Below, piece after piece: positions 24,373-39,073 of a DNA stretch of 64,000 bases. Position 1 is the stretch's first letter; each line of letters starts with the position of its first letter. This DNA comes from the human T2T-CHM13v2.0 reference genome, Homo sapiens: NCBI RefSeq assembly GCF_009914755.1, contig NC_060928.1; one strand, written 5' to 3'. The position numbers and the translations under genes were made by a program. The notes under the pieces were generated by a model that did not search any database, was not told the DNA's origin, and saw only the letters and a program-made list of their open reading frames with translations.

Positions 24373-24650
24373 GGAGGCAGGTGGATCACTTGAGGTCAGG
24401 AGTTCGAGACCAGTGTGGCCAACATGTTGAAACCCCATCTCTACTAAAAATACAAAAATTTAGCCAGGCGTGGTGGCATGGGCTTGTAGTCCCAGCTACT
24501 CGTGAGAATTGCTTTAACCCCGAAGGCAAAGGTTGCAGTGAGCCAAGATCACACTACTGTACTCCAGCACTCCAGCCTGGGTAACAGAGCGAGACTCTGT
24601 CTCAAAAAAAGAAAAAAAGAAAAAAGAAAAAAAGAAAGAAAGAAAAAAAA
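24373..24650 (+). mobile_element. 5'-truncated AluS with a small internal deletion
   Basis: gaggcaggtggatcacttgaggtcaggagttcgagacc; lacks the GGGAGGCTGAGGCAG block; (AAAAAAG)n tail. Confidence 0.92.
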
Positions 24651-24779
24651 GAAACACTAAAGTGTCCCCATACCTGTGGTGGAGTAGTAGCAGAGCATAG
24701 TAAATGCCAAGTGCAAATAAAGTATTATTGACGCTGAAAGGAACATAATATCACTTCCGGTAGCAGTGATTAGAAAAGA

Positions 24780-25260
24780 CACAATGACAGTCAATTCACA
24801 AAAGAAGAAATGAACATGTCAAACACACATATACAAAGATTTCTGAACATTAAAAATGAGTTAAAATGAGATCCTACTTTTCATCTATCAAAATGTCAAC
24901 TTTTTTAACAGATAAAGATAGTAATGTGTTGATGAGAGCATAGAGGATAGAGGAATAGACATCCTCATTCATGGCTGGTGGAGTTTAAATTGTTATGACT
25001 TCTCAGAAAGAAAATTTGATATCCAAAACTTAAAAAAAATCTTTTATCTTTTAGCCTCATAATTTCACTTCTAAGAATTCATTCTAAGGAAGAAGCTGTG
25101 GTGTGGGCAAACATTTACATCTATGGGTGTTTATCATGGGATTATATGTAATAGCAAAATGTTCAAAATAACCAAAATGGCAGACTGAATAAATAAATTA
25201 TGGTGCATACATATGATAGAAGAAGCTTTAGTCATTAAAAATTTAGATGATTATGAACAT
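24780..25260 (+). mobile_element. Degenerate L1ME ORF2 end / 3' region
   Basis: caattcacaaaagaagaaat..ctcattcatggctggtggagtttaaattg..atttcacttctaagaatt..gaataaataaattatggtgcatac. Confidence 0.6.
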
Positions 25261-25919
25261 TTTTGTTATAACGCAATATGTGCATTTCTGAAGAATCTGT
25301 GTTCAACAGTATCTTTCACTAAAATAAGAGACCTTAGGAAAAAAATGGCAGTAGGGCAGACTATTTAAAATATGTTGCAGTGACCAGAGTCAAGTCATGA
25401 ATATGGAAACTACATCAGTTATTTTTCAGAAGGAAACTAATATAAGCAATTGATTAAACAAGTATTGGAGTACTTGTACATTTTACTGTAAAAGTAAAAA
25501 AGAAACACTGAGATAATCCACATGGAGTAACAGAAGAACATTGTTCCCAACCTAGGTTTTGGGGAAAAAGGAACAAAAATGGGGTTATTAGAAACTGGAA
25601 GGGACCGAATGAAGTGCTTGGAGATGTCTCATAGAACACGGTTTTAGACCTTTGAGGGGACATAATGAGGTTGTTTCTGGGATTGCCAAAAAACTACAGA
25701 TTGAAACCAACCACTGTTACCAGAGGGAAGGGCTGTTGCTGAAGCAGTGTTGATAGGAACAGCATAACCAGGAAGGAATGACCCTTCTCTTCTCCAGTCT
25801 TTCCATCACCCTTTATGCCCAACATTGGCAGAACCTCCAAGGAAGCCAGCTGGTCAAGAAGAAACATGGTCAGCCGAGTTTCAGCCCCAACATCATAAAG
25901 CAGAGTCCAGAGGGCAGTG

Positions 25920-26515
25920 TGTTAGGTAGAATTCTACAACCTTAGAGATTTTCACTTCCTGGGGTACCTGCCTTGTAGACAACTGCTACCCTTGAGTGTG
26001 GGCGGAACCTGTGAATATGATGGGACAGCCACTTCCTTGATTAGGTTACATGATACAGCAAATAGTGCTGGGATAGTCACTCTAGCGGTTATATCACAAT
26101 TCTCTAAGACTCAGTCACAGCCAACAGGAGAGGGACTGGAAGTCAGTGAGGCACTGTCCTGTTGGCCTGGAAGAAAGCAAGCATCCATGTTGCAAACTGC
26201 CTAAAGGGACCGCATAGCAGGGAACTGCAGGCAGCCTGCAGGAGCTGAGTCGTCCCTTCCTACAGCTAGCAAAAAATTAGAGACCTCAGTTCTACAGCTG
26301 CAACCTGCCAACAACACGAATGAACTCTTGAGCTCCAAATAAGAAACATAGTGTTCTTACACCAAGATTGCAGCCTTGCAAGACCCTGAGCAAAGGATTC
26401 ACCTAAGCCCTGTCCAAACTCCTGACCCATGGAAAATATGAAATAATCAAAGGATGACATTTTATGCCACAGAATTTGTGGTCATTTGTTACATAGCATT
26501 AGGAGACAAATGCAG
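25920..26515 (+). mobile_element. MaLR LTR (MLT1E/F-like)
   Basis: tgttaggtagaattct..cttgagtgtgggcggaacctgtgaatatgatggga..ttgcagccttg..aactcctgacccatggaa..aatttgtggtcatttgttacatagca. Confidence 0.8.
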
Positions 26516-28499
26516 GCCAGTTTGGAGCTGAAAGACAATAGCTTAATAAACCTGCATACCTATTCAATTTGTAACCATAGAACAAAAAAAAATGGTATCT
26601 CAAACAACCTGAACAGAGCAAGTCAATTCAGTGTGGCTGGAAACTGCTTTAGGGATATTCAAAGTGCAAAAACCAGTGGAGTGTAAATGTGAACTGTGGG
26701 TGCCAACATATTAGAGATAGAAGTGGAGTTCAAGGGATTTGCTGTATAGGTGGACCCAGGAGGAAGAATAAATCTGCCTCAAATGTGGAGGGCAAAGATA
26801 GGGTGAGCCTCTTTGGGGAGGAACTTTGCATATAGTTATTTCATTTTTAGTTTTCTTAAAGTAGAGCTGAAAAAGGCTTTGAGTACTAGCAGAGCTGAGG
26901 GATCCAACTGAAGATTATCCAGTCTACTAGAAAAAATAGTGTATAAATCACTGCATATAAGCGATGTCAAGGTAACCAACCTCATTGCCCAATTTACAAA
27001 GTGCTTATGAGCTGATCAGTGCTATAGGATGAAGGGAAGAGGAGTAGGAGGAGGAGGAGAGGAAGCCTTCAGACCATTATGCTGCTGTGACACCTGTGAC
27101 AGAAGAGAAGGAAGGAAAGAAGCTTGGGTAGGCTGAGTTTCAGACTGCAGTGAGGCTCTGAGAAAGTCTTGACTAGGCTGTTGGGGAGCAAAAATTGTCA
27201 GAGGAGTCTTGAATTGAGTAGTGCCCCAGTACTCGATCGCTGGCACCTGGAAGTTGCCTGCCCAAGTGCCTCTATCATAACAGGTAAGGAGATCAGAGCA
27301 GAGGATCTCTATGGCTAACACAAATACCATTTCTATCTTTGTGAAAATAACTTAACATCAATTTCCTGTAAAAGGGAAGGAGAGATGGGCAACCACAATT
27401 CCTGAAACTAATGCCCATAATTTGGGACAAGAGATCATATAGAAAAGAAATATAGCACTGACTTTGATTGGTGGAATTTTCTGGAAAGAAGAGCAGGTAG
27501 ACTCCATGTCGATGATTCAAACCATGCAGTGGGGAGCAACAGAACAGGAGCCCTAATCCTCCTGGTAAAAGCAAATTAAAAATTAGAGCCAAGAGTAAAT
27601 GTCTATTTTTAGTTAGATCAAATAAATATAAATGCTTTTGATACTGCTTGGGTCTCTAACAAGCTGAAGCAGAAAAGCCTGCTGATACAGTACATTTTCA
27701 TCGCAAGCTAAAATGCGGTTTCCTCGAGCCAGAAATTATAGTCCTTTCTGACCTTGAGAAGAAAGACACAATACTTCTTAGATTGGTGAACTAATCAGAG
27801 GAAAATTAAGCAATGATTGAGAATAGCTGTGGTGTAGAGTGAGTCATGGTAAATCTCCAAAATGGAAATAATTACCATTTCTCAAATTTTACCTTTATCA
27901 AAATAATTTCCGTGCAGTCTCTAACCACGAAAAGCGCTTGAAAATGTCTGTTTTTTTCTCATAACTTCAAATGGACTTTCCCCTTAGTTGTCCTAATCTG
28001 CGGTGTTTATTCAGTAAGTGACTTTAGTTTATGTGTGGGTGCATGCATACGCAGGTGTGTGTGTAGGTCAGCCCATCAAATTCAATGCAATAGTGTTATA
28101 ATTTTTCTTTAATATTTTCCCTTATTCATACAATACAGAAGTGTACATCTAAAATGTTAAGGCCTCCTTCCCAATCCCTACCTCCACTACTTTTCAAGAC
28201 ATGAAGTTTAAAACTTAAACAAAACTGCTAAGGAAAATCTGGGTATATTTTTATATCTTTAAATCTAATTCTATGTTGTTTATTTAGTTTGTAAAACAAA
28301 GGTAAAAACCTTAAAAATTATTATTATTCTAAAATAAAGCGTTACATTTTCACAAATCAATTGTTATCTGTATAGATGCCTTATCTCACACATTAATGTT
28401 ATCCTTACCTGATTATACTGCAGTCTTGGAATCAACTATAAACCAAGGCACCCTAATTTATATGACAAAGTTATATAATGAGCTCATATGTTATATTCA

Positions 28500-28856
28500 A
28501 GAAATAGTGAAAAAGCCAGGGTGGTTGGATGGGATGAACAAGGGGGAGAGTAGTAGGAGGAGGTGATGTTGAGGAGGTAGTGAGGGTTAAATGCTATAGG
28601 AATCTGCAGGTCCTGATAAGATACTGGCTTTTACTCTAAGATGCGAGGCCATGAAGGATTTTGAGGGGAGGAGTGACATGAGCTGATTCACATTTACCAG
28701 GATTTTCATGGGTTCCTTGTACAGAATACACTTTAGGGCATCAAAGGCTGAAGCAGGGAGACCAATCACATTGTTACAATAATCCAGATGAGATGCGATG
28801 GGGGCTTGGATCATGATGGTACCAGTGAAGGTAGTGAGAAGTGGTTGGATTCTGGC
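28500..28856 (-). mobile_element. L2 fragment
   Basis: Minus-strand translation IQAPIASHLDYCN..GLPAS matches the L2 ORF2 C-terminal motif. Confidence 0.8.
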
Positions 28857-29106
28857 TTCACCTTTTCCCCCACCTCTTCAAATGGTGTTACTTTGTTCTT
28901 AATAGGAGCACAGCACTCGGCTGGGTGCGATCAGCTGCTAAATCTCCACACTGGCCTTCATGATTCTCTCTGAACATGTCTACGCTATGAACAAATGACA
29001 AATGAAGTTGTATATGATTCTGGTCTGAATCCAACGTCACCTAAGATTTAGAGCCTGAAAATCAATATTTGCAATTTTAAAAGATCTTTTAAATCAAGAT
29101 TCTTCT

Positions 29107-30921
29107 CATATTGATTTTGTATCCTGAGACTTTGCTGAAGTTGCTTAAAATTACACCAACAATAGTCAAGCAGAGAGCCAAATCATCAATGAACTCCCAT
29201 TCACAATTGCTACAAAGAGAATAAAATACCTAGGAATACAGCTAACAAGGGATGTGAAGGATCTCTTCAAGGAGAGCTACAAACCACTGCTCAAGGAAAT
29301 AACAGAGGGCACAAATAAATAGAAAAGCCTTCCAGGCTCATGGATAGGAAGAATCAATATCATGAAAATGGCCATATTGCCCAAAATAATTTATATATTC
29401 AATTCTATTCCCATCAAACTACCTTTGACATTCTTCAAGAATTAGAAAAAACTATTTTAAATTTCGTATCAAAGAAGACCCTATATAGCCAAGACAATCC
29501 TAAGCAAAAAGAACAAAGCTGGAGGCATCATGCTACCTGACTTCAAACTATTCTACAAGTGTACAGTAACCAAAACAGCATGGTACTGGTACCAAAACAG
29601 ATATATAGACCAATGGAGCAGAACAGAGTCCTCAGAAATACCACCACACATCTATAACCATCTTGTCTTCAGCAAATCTGACAAAAACAAACAATGGAGA
29701 AAGGATCTCTTATTCAGTAAATGGTGTTGGGAAAACCGGCTAGCCATATTCAGAAAACTGAAACTGGATCCCTTCCTTACAACTTTTACAAAAATTAACT
29801 CAAGATGGATTAAAGACTTAAATGTAAAACCCCAAACCATAAAAACTCTGGAAGAAAACTTAGGCAATACCATTCAGGATATAGGCATGGGCAAAGACTT
29901 CATGACAAAAAACTGCAAAACAATTGCAACAAAAGCCAAAATTGACAAATGGGATCTAATTAAACTAAAGAGCTTCTTCGCAGCAAAAGAAACTATCATC
30001 AGAGTGAACAGGCAACCTAAAGAATGGAAGAAAAGGTTTGCAATCTACCATCTGACAAAGGTCTAATATCCAGAATTTACAAGGAACTTAAACATATTTA
30101 CAAGAAAAAAAAAAAACCCCATCAAAAAGTGAGCAAAGGATATGAACAGACACTTCTCAAAAGAAGACATTTATGTGGCCAACAAACTTATGAAAAAAAG
30201 CTCAGCATCACTGATCATCAGAGAAATTCAAATCAAAACCACAATGAGATACCATCTCACACCAGTCAGAATGGTGATTATGAAAAAGTCAGGAAATGAT
30301 AAATGCTGGCAAGGCTGTGAAGAAATAAGAATGCTTTTACAGTGTTGGTGGGAATGCAAATTAGTTCAACCATTGTGGAAGACAGAATGGTGATTCCTCA
30401 AGGATCTAGAACCAGAAATACCATTTGACCCAGCAATCCCATTACGGGGTATATACCCAAAGGAATATAAATCATTCTACTATAAAGACACATGCATGTG
30501 TATGTTAATTGCAGCACTATTTACAATAGCAAAGACCTGGAACCAACCCAAATGACCATCAGTGACAGACTGGATAAAGAAAATGTGGTACATATACACC
30601 ATGGAATACTATGCAGCCGTAAAAAGAAATGAATTCACGTCCTTTGCAGGGACATGAATGAATCTGGAAGTCATCATCCTCAGCAAACTAACACCAGAAC
30701 AGAAAACCAAACACCACAGGATCTCACTCATAAGTGGGAGTTGAACATTGGAATACATGGACCCGGAGAGTGGAACAACACACACCAGGGCCTGTTGGGT
30801 GGTGGTGGGTGGGGGTGAGGGGAGGGAACTTAGAGGGTGTGTCAATAGGTGCAGCAAATCACCATGGCACATGTATACCTATGTAACAAACCTGCATGTT
30901 CTGCATATGTAAAAAAAGAAA
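29107..30921 (+). mobile_element. 5'-truncated, 5'-inverted L1PA (L1PA8-like)
   Basis: ORF2p fragments ([16 protein letters not shown]; [23 protein letters not shown]), 3' UTR, 41-bp inverted piece at 29107-29147, 11-bp TSD AAGATTCTTCT at 29096-29106 and 30922-30932. Confidence 0.95.
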
Positions 30922-31080
30922 AAGATTCTTCTGTCTTGTCCATTTTTTTTTGGTCTGTTGCACTGCTCTAGTAGCTCAAAGAAAGGAATAATCATTGTTT
31001 TACTTTCTTAAGAATATATTTATTGTCTAATTTTGGACACAATTTCTCAATGCTTAATTCTTTTTAGTGAAACAATCTCT

Positions 31081-31385
31081 TTTTAAAAAAATTATAGCAA
31101 AATAAACATAACAAAGTTTACCAACAAAAGCATTCTTGAGTGTACAGTTGAGTAGTGTTAAGTATATTCATATTGTTGTGAAATAAATCACCAGAACTTT
31201 TCCATTTTGTAAAAGTAAAACTCCATCCATTAAACAATTCCTCAGCAGTTTTCCTCCCCCAAATTCCTGGCAACCACCATTCAACTTTCTGCTACTATGA
31301 GTTGACTGCTCTAGATACTTCATATAAAGGGAATCATACAGTTTTTGTCTTTTATGACTGGCTTATTTCACTGAGCATAATGCCC
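31081..31385 (-). mobile_element. L1MB 3' end fragment
   Basis: gtgtacagttgagtagtgttaagtatattcatattgttgtg..cctggcaaccaccatt..tgactggcttatttcactgagcataatg. Confidence 0.8.
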
Positions 31386-31799
31386 TTTTTAAGAACAAAT
31401 AATAAATAATCTCTTTTTAAATGAAACTCTTTATGGAGTGAACTAACCTAGAAGAGAAAATTGACTTAAATGATATGAAAAGATACCCCAAATTGAAGTA
31501 ACTATTTAATAAAGATGTCACCACTGGCATATATCTTAGAAATGTGTGAAGGAAGTTTATGAATGCTATTTGGAAAGATGAGAGAGAGTATAAGGCTATA
31601 AAGTTGGCTCTAGATACTTAAAGAACAAGTGGTCAGATGGCATTCAAAATTAGCTATGTGTGTTCAAATTTTCCATTGTCCTTGCTTTCTAGGGTTCCAC
31701 TGATATTCAGATTTATGGAAGATAATATTTAGGAAAGATCCAGTAAAGGCTCATCATTTTGATATATCAAGTATCCACATGAGAAGATTTAAAGTCAAT

Positions 31800-32345
31800 A
31801 GACATTTGTTGCTTTTTGCGTGTCCAGAATTCCTCTTCCTAATAGAATTTTGAATATCCTTTGGGAAAATTACCTTTCTCATTCTCATTCCTGTGGTTTG
31901 GGTGACACTCATTCCCAGCTCAAATGGATTCTTACCAGCTTTAGTCAATCAGCATTTCCCGTAGCCCCTGACCATAGAATTTTATTGGTTCAGGGATAAA
32001 CCTGTAATGCATTCAGATCTAAAGAGATACTAGGAGATGTTTGCTGAAAAGACCAATATTCTCCTGGATGGTCTGATTTCAGGATGTGAGCTCTGGAACT
32101 GGAAGCTATTGTGCTACCCCAAGAGCCAGTCCAGGTGTGAGTGCAAGAAAAAGCATTTGATAAAACCTGAGGTTGACACCAACATGGCAGAAAAAGAATG
32201 GAGAGGAGAAAATTTGGGTTCCCACTGACATGATTTGAACTACTGAATTAGGACTCAAAGCTATATAAAAATGAATAGCCTTAGAACACAAAGCTGCATC
32301 TGGAGTATTTAGTTACTTGAGCTAATACATTTTTCTTACTATTTG
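31800..32345. mobile_element. Ancient LTR-like remnant
   Basis: Loosely similar to the segments at ~60520-61005 and ~61660-62490 in this window; family not resolved. Confidence 0.4.
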
Positions 32346-33092
32346 AATATCATGGCCCTAAATCTAGGGTCTATTTTAGTATTTAAGTTGTTGTTTGCCA
32401 GCAAAAAATGGATCATCTCAATTATTTATCAACAGTAGAAAGAACAAATAAAATTGTGAGATATTTATACAAAGAAAATTATATGGCAGTAAAAATGAGT
32501 AGCCTAGATGTAAAAGAGAGATAGATATTAATGAGGAAAAGCTTGGTTAGTAATAAAAGAGAAGACACAAAACTGCTATTCAAACATTTGGAAGGAATAT
32601 GCAAAAAGCTGTGGAGACATTTTCCTCGGAACAGGAGAAGGCAATACGGCACAAACATGAGGAAAGCAAACTGTTATTTATCTATTAACTTAAAAAAAAA
32701 CCCCACATGTTTTCCTTCCAATATTTTGGGCACAGCAGCAATTCAAAGGGGCTGCTGAGAATTCTTTGTAATTCTTACCTTCTTTGAATCACCACCCCTA
32801 ACCAACACTCCTAATAGGCTTTATCAGTTTATAACTTTAAAACTATTGATTTGAATAGCTCCCACGAAGGCTTAATGTTGTAAATTATCTTTGCTCGAGA
32901 GCAACAAGGTAAATAAAAAGTTATTTTCCCTTTCTTGTAAGTTATTTTACTTTTCTGAAATAAGGAATAAAGACTCCTATGTGGATCTTCCAGTTAAATA
33001 TGATGGGTTGTTTGCATTCATTTACCTCTGTTTCCTTCTGAAAGCCCATTAAAATGACAGCAGAGCAAAATAAGTAAAGTAGAAATTCGCCA

Positions 33093-33478
<386 letters not shown>

Positions 33479-33785
33479 TCAACCAAATTTAGGAAGTTGC
33501 AAAGCAAGTGTGGCAACATTACCATTGGAGAGGATGAAGAACACTGGGAAGTGAATGTATTTTGGGGGAATGTAAATTGGTACAACCCCTGGACAACAAT
33601 TTGGAATTGCCTAATAAAGCTGAAGGTACAAATTCACACAGTCCTATAATATTATGTCTAATTCTTCGGAAAAATTCTTGCAAGTGTGCGCCAGAAGACA
33701 TGCCAGCAAATACTGGATCAACTCAATTTTGCATCAACAGTCAAAAGAACAAATAAATGAACTCCCAAATATAAATGGCATAATT

Positions 33786-33787
<2 letters not shown>

Positions 33788-33823
<36 letters not shown>
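33788..33823. repeat. (TA)n microsatellite
   Basis: Seen directly. Confidence 0.95.
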
Positions 33824-33826
<3 letters not shown>

Positions 33827-33837
33827 TAACATACTTC

Positions 33838-34130
<293 letters not shown>

Positions 34131-35199
34131 AACACTATACATATAATATTATATATATATAAACACAATATATATAATATTATATATAAACTCTATATAA
34201 TGTTTATATGTAATATATATTAATATATATAATATATACTGTTAAAAATTAAGTAGAATTAAAAAGTATGTTATTTAGCAGTAACATGTATAGTGTATGC
34301 AGAGACACTATATGAAGAAGCAAGGTCATGATGAGCACAAGCCATTGACATGATAATTATACTCAGAACAGAAGAAGGGGAAGTGACTGGGAAGGGACTC
34401 TCCAAGGAAAGCTTCAAAAAGCATCAGTAATGCTCTGTTTATTAGGCTGAGAGGCAGGTACATGTTTATTTTTTTAAAAAATAATAGTTCCTATATCCAT
34501 AATTTTCTGTGTGTGTGCTGTATTCGCCCTGCCTCCTCCAAGAAAGTTGTGTGGTAAATGGCTTGGGGAAGCCAACAAGAAACAGAATGATTTACCTATC
34601 AGGACCCCAGAAAAAGCTCTGGAATTTCAGGGACCAGATTCCTCTGAAAGCATGAGTTTGACCGGTAAGAAGGAAAATGAGAAGATTAAGAGTCTGTATA
34701 AAGAACATGTAAATCTGGGTTTTTAAAAATACTTTTTAATTTTTGTGGGTACATAGTAGGTGCATACATCTATGGGGTACACGAGATCTAAACCTGAAAA
34801 ATTTCCCCAGTATCTGGCACAACCAGCAATGATCACTCCCAACTAACCTCCACTTGCCCCCTGACCTTTCCACATACACATATATTTATCTGGCGGGAGA
34901 ATGGAGATTTATTTTCCAGAAAAATAATGAGTAAGACAGGGTCTAGAATGAGGAGACGCTAGACACAGCTGAGGACAATTCTGAGTGTGGACCGGACCAG
35001 CAGGAAAAAAAAAGAAAAGAATTAGAGAAACAATAGGTAGAGCCACCTACCAACCCTTTACCCACTCCAATCCCATCCCTTAGGCAGGAGATGGGGTAAT
35101 ATTTCTCTGGAGAGTTAGATTAACGTAAGGAAAAGGACTTGATGATACTGATATTTCGGAGTCCCTACCAAGAGTGAGATTTTAATCTGATAACACTTT

Positions 35200-35824
35200 A
35201 GTGAAACCTACTTATTGACAAGCCAAAGAGCTTCCAATTGAGTTTTAGCATCTCACTATGAAATGTAAATTGTGAATAGTCAATGACACCAGGAATCTGA
35301 GGAGAGGCTCTTATTGGAAAGCTGGGAATCAGAACAATCAGAAAGATGAGCCTTAAGAAAAAGAAAGATAATGCAAGTAGCAGAATGAAACTAAAAGTGA
35401 AAGCAAAAAAAAAAGTGATTTTTAAAGCGATAAAAGAAGATATTGCATTCATCAATGCAATGAATAGAAAGTCTGAAAGCAAAAATTGAGAAAATCTTCT
35501 ATAATGTAGACTATAAAGGCAAGGAGTTGAAAAACAGGAGGAGGAAGATAAGAGTATTAGAGAATGAGCCTATAAGGCTGAATGTTTAAATGGGAGCACT
35601 TTCAAATGAAAGAATGAACACAATGGAAAGGAGGAAATTATCAAAGAAATACTATAAGAAAACTTCCTAGAACTGAAGAACATGTTTTTCATTTTGAAAT
35701 GGTCTGTGGAGTGCCGTTTCAAAAAGACCCACACAGGGTGACATCTTCGTAAAGTTTTAAAATCCTGGGGAAAAAAGAATGTTGTAAAAAGCTTTCATAG
35801 AACAAGGGAGAGAGAGAGAGAGAG

Positions 35825-35856
<32 letters not shown>

Positions 35857-36250
35857 ACAGAAAAGAAAAATATGAAACCTCAGAAGTCAGAATGTTATTG
35901 AACTTCTCAATAGCAATATTGAAAGCTCACAAATCATGAGATGTGTTTTACATGGTAGAAAATCAGTAGATGATGTCAGGAATAGAAAAGATAATAAAAT
36001 AGCATCAGAAACATAGAAATAGTGCAAAAACAGAACAATTAAATGATTTTCAGGTGGTCACCTGAGTGGTCTCAGAGGTAGGAAAGGAGAAGGCAGCTCA
36101 GAATTGTCTTGTTTTCTTACAACATTATTCAAATTATAGTTATTTATTGTTTTGCTAAATATCAAAATATAAAAAAAGAAAAATTTCTTTCCAAATTGGT
36201 TTCTTTTAAAAAATATCTTACTAAGTTTAATTTTAAAATTAAATTTCAAT
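35200..36250 (+). mobile_element. Degenerate L1M ORF1-like (or HAL1) sequence containing (GA)n at ~35808-35855
   Basis: A-rich strand with aatggaaaggaggaaattatcaaagaaat..aaaacttcctagaactgaagaacatg..aaaagacccacac motifs. Confidence 0.55.
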
Positions 36251-36444
36251 TTAAACTATTTTAAATGAAATAAATGGACATATTTACAATATTTTCTCCC
36301 ATATATCTCCTTATTAATCAAACATTACACCATCCATCCAACCATCTATTAAAATGCTGCAAAATTATTACATAATAATACAGATAACTTAAAAACTATT
36401 GATTTCAAAAATCACTCTTTTTCTCAAAAATCACTTCTTTTTCT

Positions 36445-36705
36445 TTTAGGGCATTATAACATAGAGGTTGGGTGAGAACACTGGACTCAGATCGGCTAGG
36501 TGAGATTCTCACTGAGTTACACATTCGCTGTGCGACTTGAGCAAGCTACCTCATCTCCTATACTTTTGTTTCTTCATTGGTAAAGATTTGAAAGGTACTT
36601 AATTCATACAGTTTTTATAGCACATTGAGTTAATAAATGTAAAGCTTTAGAATACTACCAGGTATGTTGTAAGCTCTCTCATAAATGCAAGTTTTGATTG
36701 TTATT
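36445..36705 (+). mobile_element. MIR
   Basis: ctggactcaga..gctgtgcgacttgagcaagctacctcatctc..tttcttcattggtaaa..atgtaaagc. Confidence 0.75.
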
Positions 36706-37752
36706 AGCAGGCTACTTTTTAATTCAAGCTTAATAGTGATTTCTGTCTTCATGAAACATAGGTATATATTTAAAGTAGCAATGCTAATCACACATACTCA
36801 CACAAACATACACGCAACTCTGAAATGTATTTATTAGAAACATACTGTAATTTTCTTGGCATAAATAATCTTTGCTTAGGTAATACAGATGTCCAAACTT
36901 TTCGCTTTTACGATGTAATTTTAATAGTGTTTGCATCACTGGCAGGATTCTTTATGCCCCATTACAAATCTTCTTAGTTTTGCTTTGGGGTCTAATGTTA
37001 AAATATTTGAAATAGTCTGGCATCCTTTTGCTTTAAGAACCATTTTCTTTTTATGCCAAGATTCAAAACGAAGGTGTAAAGATATCTGTTTTTCTCAGTG
37101 CTTTTCTGTCCTTTCTGGCTAGAAAGCCGGTTTCCAACTTTAGGCTCTGAATAAAACCTATTATGGTTATCTCATATGTCTTTTCAATCAACAATAATTC
37201 ATTTATTGCTTGTTGTTTGTAAGCAATTTTATTGTGCATGAGAAATATAAAGACTGAGCTGATGGTCTAACAGAAGAGAGACAAATACATCAAATTATAA
37301 GCAATTATAGATCTGCCGTAAAGGGACTGTGCTTCAATGTTAGTTGAAAAGTTAGACAGAAATGAGATAGACGTCTAGTTCTCTAATGCCAATTTATAGT
37401 TATGTCAAAGAAAAAAGCACTTATACAAGATCTTATCTTAAGATGGAGGATTTAAAAAATGTTTAGTATTTTGCAAAACTTTAGAATGACTGGATTTTGG
37501 AAAATTGGAAAATCTTGTGCATGTGGGTGGGGGTTGGGGGTGGGCAGAGGAAGGCAATATCCTGGAGCCTGCCAATAATGCATTGCTTTAGAAACTGAAT
37601 TTCAGTTTAACCAAGGTTTCCTTATTTGCTGTCCAGTGGGATGTAACACACCAAAGAATTAAAAAGACGCATTTCTCCAATGGAGCCCGGGGGGATGTGC
37701 ATCAGGATAATGCCAAAACAAGGCTCCAGAGTGGGTGTAGATGGCAGTTGAC

Positions 37753-38053
37753 TTTATTTTATTTATTTTTTTAAGACACAGTTTCACTCTGTCGCCCAGG
37801 CTGGAGTGATGTGATCTTGGCTCACTGCAACCTCCACCTCCCGGGTTTCAAGCGATTCTCCTGCCTCAGCCTCCCGAGTGGCTGGGATTACAGGTGCCTA
37901 CCACCACTTCTGGCTAATTTTTTGTATTTTTTTAGTAGAAGTGGGGTTTTACCATGTTGGCTAGGCTGCTCTCAAACTCTTGACCTCAAGTGATCCGTCC
38001 GCCTCGGCCTCCCAAAATGCTGGGATTATAGGCGTGAGCCACCGTGGCTGGCC
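37753..38053 (-). mobile_element. AluS, full length
   Basis: Reverse-complement dimer; TSD GGCAGTT at 37743 and 38054. Confidence 0.94.
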
Positions 38054-39031
38054 GGCAGTTAATTTTAGCCATGAACATTCAGACTAAATCCAAATTATAA
38101 CAGTTATACATACTGTTCCCTCTGCTATATAATTGACCATTATAATTAGTGGACATTTTTCAACCCTATTTGAGAAACTTGGGCATATCAGGCTCAAAAC
38201 ACAGTCTTTTAGGCTCTAGGCATGGCATGGGCCTTTTTCCTGACATTTTCACCCTTACAGTCCTCTTTATCTTGTAGTCGAGTTAGACACCATTTCCTTT
38301 AAATAGCCTTTACTAACTTATCCGTCTCTTAACCATAACTCCCATAGCACCTTTTACTTACCTCTGTTAGGACACTTGATACACTCTCTTTTAGTTTCTT
38401 TTTTACCTTGCTAGTGTGCTCTCTCCAGACTCATTTAAGTCAGTACCATTTAAGTCAGACATTTGGAGACATTTGAGAAACACTGTTATTACTAAATAAC
38501 AAAGGACCTGTTTGTCATACAATAGTTTGCCTACTAGGCTCTACGATAGTTTTCTTGAAGGAGATTATTGTCATAAGCTCTATATATGCATTTTCAACTT
38601 ACAGATTGTGTTAGTTTAATAAATATTCAGAATCTTCCCATTTTCTTCTTTCTTTACTATCTCATCACATATCTTGTAAAAGATATGCTGCCTTTACTGA
38701 AGCTGTGAGAAGACAAAAAATCAACTGTCAACCCTGACAAATTGGAGACATGCTTATAAAGAAAAAATTATTGGTCAGCAACATTTAGGTGTTGTTTGGA
38801 CTTCCACTTTCTGAGTTGGTTATGTTTAGTACTCTTAAATAGACATGATGAATTACCGTAAAGTGATGGTTGCGAGTCCAGGCACAAACCTCAAGGGACC
38901 ACACATTTGGTAGATATGGCAGGTCTTCTTTTCCCTGACTCACAACCAGCACAAGGCAATCATGCTGACATCAGTTATAACGGCTTTGCAACTGATTTCC
39001 CCCAATTCTTAAAGCTCATTTAGAGCCCATA

Positions 39032-39035
<4 letters not shown>

Positions 39036-39072
<37 letters not shown>
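39036..39072. repeat. (TG)n microsatellite
   Basis: Seen directly. Confidence 0.95.

Positions 39073-39073
<1 letters not shown>

Noticed and set aside
20476-30393. L1 ORF2 ORFs (20502-20930, 29530-30066, 30142-30393) as active retrotransposon genes
   Set aside because: Both elements are 5'-truncated, lack ORF1 and the endonuclease domain, and the second is frameshifted
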